Below are positions 62,647 through 64,000 of a DNA stretch of 64,000 bases, piece by piece (within the stretch, counting starts at the first letter, position 1; each line of letters opens with the position of its first letter). The stretch is from Haliotis cracherodii. Its lineage: Eukaryota. The stretch covers positions 29,884,001-29,948,000 of the forward strand of contig NW_027266297.1 of NCBI RefSeq assembly GCF_022045235.1. The letters run 5' to 3'. Below the pieces are notes generated by a model. The model worked only from the letters and a program-made list of their open reading frames with translations. It was not told the origin of the DNA and did not search any database. The position numbers were made by a program, and so were the translations under genes.

Positions 62647-64000
62647 TCCAAGTTATATGAGATATATGAACATTTACCAGATTTATGGGCCAAAATGTTT
62701 GATTGAAGTTGTGTTGTCGTGTATATTTGTAACTAAAGAAGGAAACCCAAACACTTATCTTGTGACCTTTTAATATTAAAGAGCACATAGAGCACACACT
62801 TCATCACATTTGCAATTTTTTTTTAATTTACTTAAAAAACAAATCATATGGTGTGGGTATTTGTTTGAAAGAGAGAAAGATCCTTAATTAGGAAAACCTG
62901 ATATATTCTCTCTCCGTTAACGTTTTGTATCCACAATATTGACTATTGTGGTGTATGTGGCTCTCCATATCTTAAGCTTAATATCTTTAATCAAGAGAGG
63001 GCTCCCAAGGCTGTCATTTAATGTAAACAAAGTTAGGGGTGACAACAGTCAACTGTACATATATCCCGGCGTAGAATTGCAGGTAGAATGTGGACAGGTA
63101 GATACAGGAAATACCTGGAATATCTCATTATTGACAACCAGGTGAACAGAAAGTGTCACCGTCACCATGTTGACTGTGGAGTTAGTTTACTGTTGTATAG
63201 GGTTCTGTAAACACTTTGGACAGTGTTCCTTATCAGGCAACTGGTCAGAGTGGTGAGCTGATTATGTAATGTTCGATATTGATATGTGGGTGGTCACAGG
63301 TCAAGAAAAGACCAAACTGTCCTTGATCAAGGTGTGAGGTTGAATCACTTTAGGATTTTAGCGTTACAGTGAGATTGTGGAAATTGATATTGAAATTTAA
63401 TAATTGGCTTATGATTGGAAAAATAATTAACATTATTATTCGGAAATATTTGTATGCATAACATAGCTAAGATTTTTCTTTTTATGTGGATGTTTGTATT
63501 ATTTTAATTTTTGGTTGCTTTTTGGTTTTAAGTAAAGGTACAGTGTTATGCAGGATGTGTTTCTAATGTAATGTTTGCAAGGTGTTAATAATTATAGCCT
63601 ATGTTTATTCTAATGACAGTTTGCATGCAACTTCAGTTATTCTGACATAATACATTGCAATCAATAAAGAATGCGTCAGTCATCAGTGACATGTACATGC
63701 GCAATATACATGCCCCCTGCTAACATAATTAACCCTTTAAGTGTTAATCTCACTCATCATGCTCACAGAAATTAATTAGAGATACGAAAATCAACACATC
63801 AAAAGTGCACTGTTTCCCCTTTGACTATTGTAATGTTAAGTAACGCAATGTACGAGGTTTTCCTTTAATGTGCTCACGCCTACACCCTCACAGATGTGGA
63901 CCTGGTCATTAATTTCAGTGTTGACCCAGTCGTATTTCAAGCATTATCAGACTCAGTAAGATCTGGGGCTAATGAAGACCCCATGGCAGGAAATCACACC

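Overview
AT-rich animal genomic DNA, not prokaryotic. The SINE complement (V-domain, Meta-domain and CORE-like tRNA SINEs) points to a mollusc, probably a gastropod such as abalone; this is an inference. The only credible host coding sequence is one 167-nt GT-AG exon (28477-28643, +) encoding subdomains IV-VIb of an AMPK-related (MARK/HUNK-like) Ser/Thr kinase, so most of the window is probably very large introns. The rest comprises five short retroposon families (here called A-E, many copies with clear TSDs), a decayed restriction-like-endonuclease LINE fragment, two related TA-flanked Tc1/mariner-type MITEs, many minisatellites and a 173-nt N gap. Nearly all long ORFs in the track are repeat artefacts. 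The most interesting signal is family C, a ~240-bp retroposon with no tRNA head or Pol III boxes. Its three TSD-bounded copies start at the same nucleotide, the first base of a compact pseudoknotted RNA fold that shows compensatory changes, making it a candidate self-cleaving-ribozyme-headed element. Families A-D also share one 3' stem-loop enclosing exactly 24 nt.
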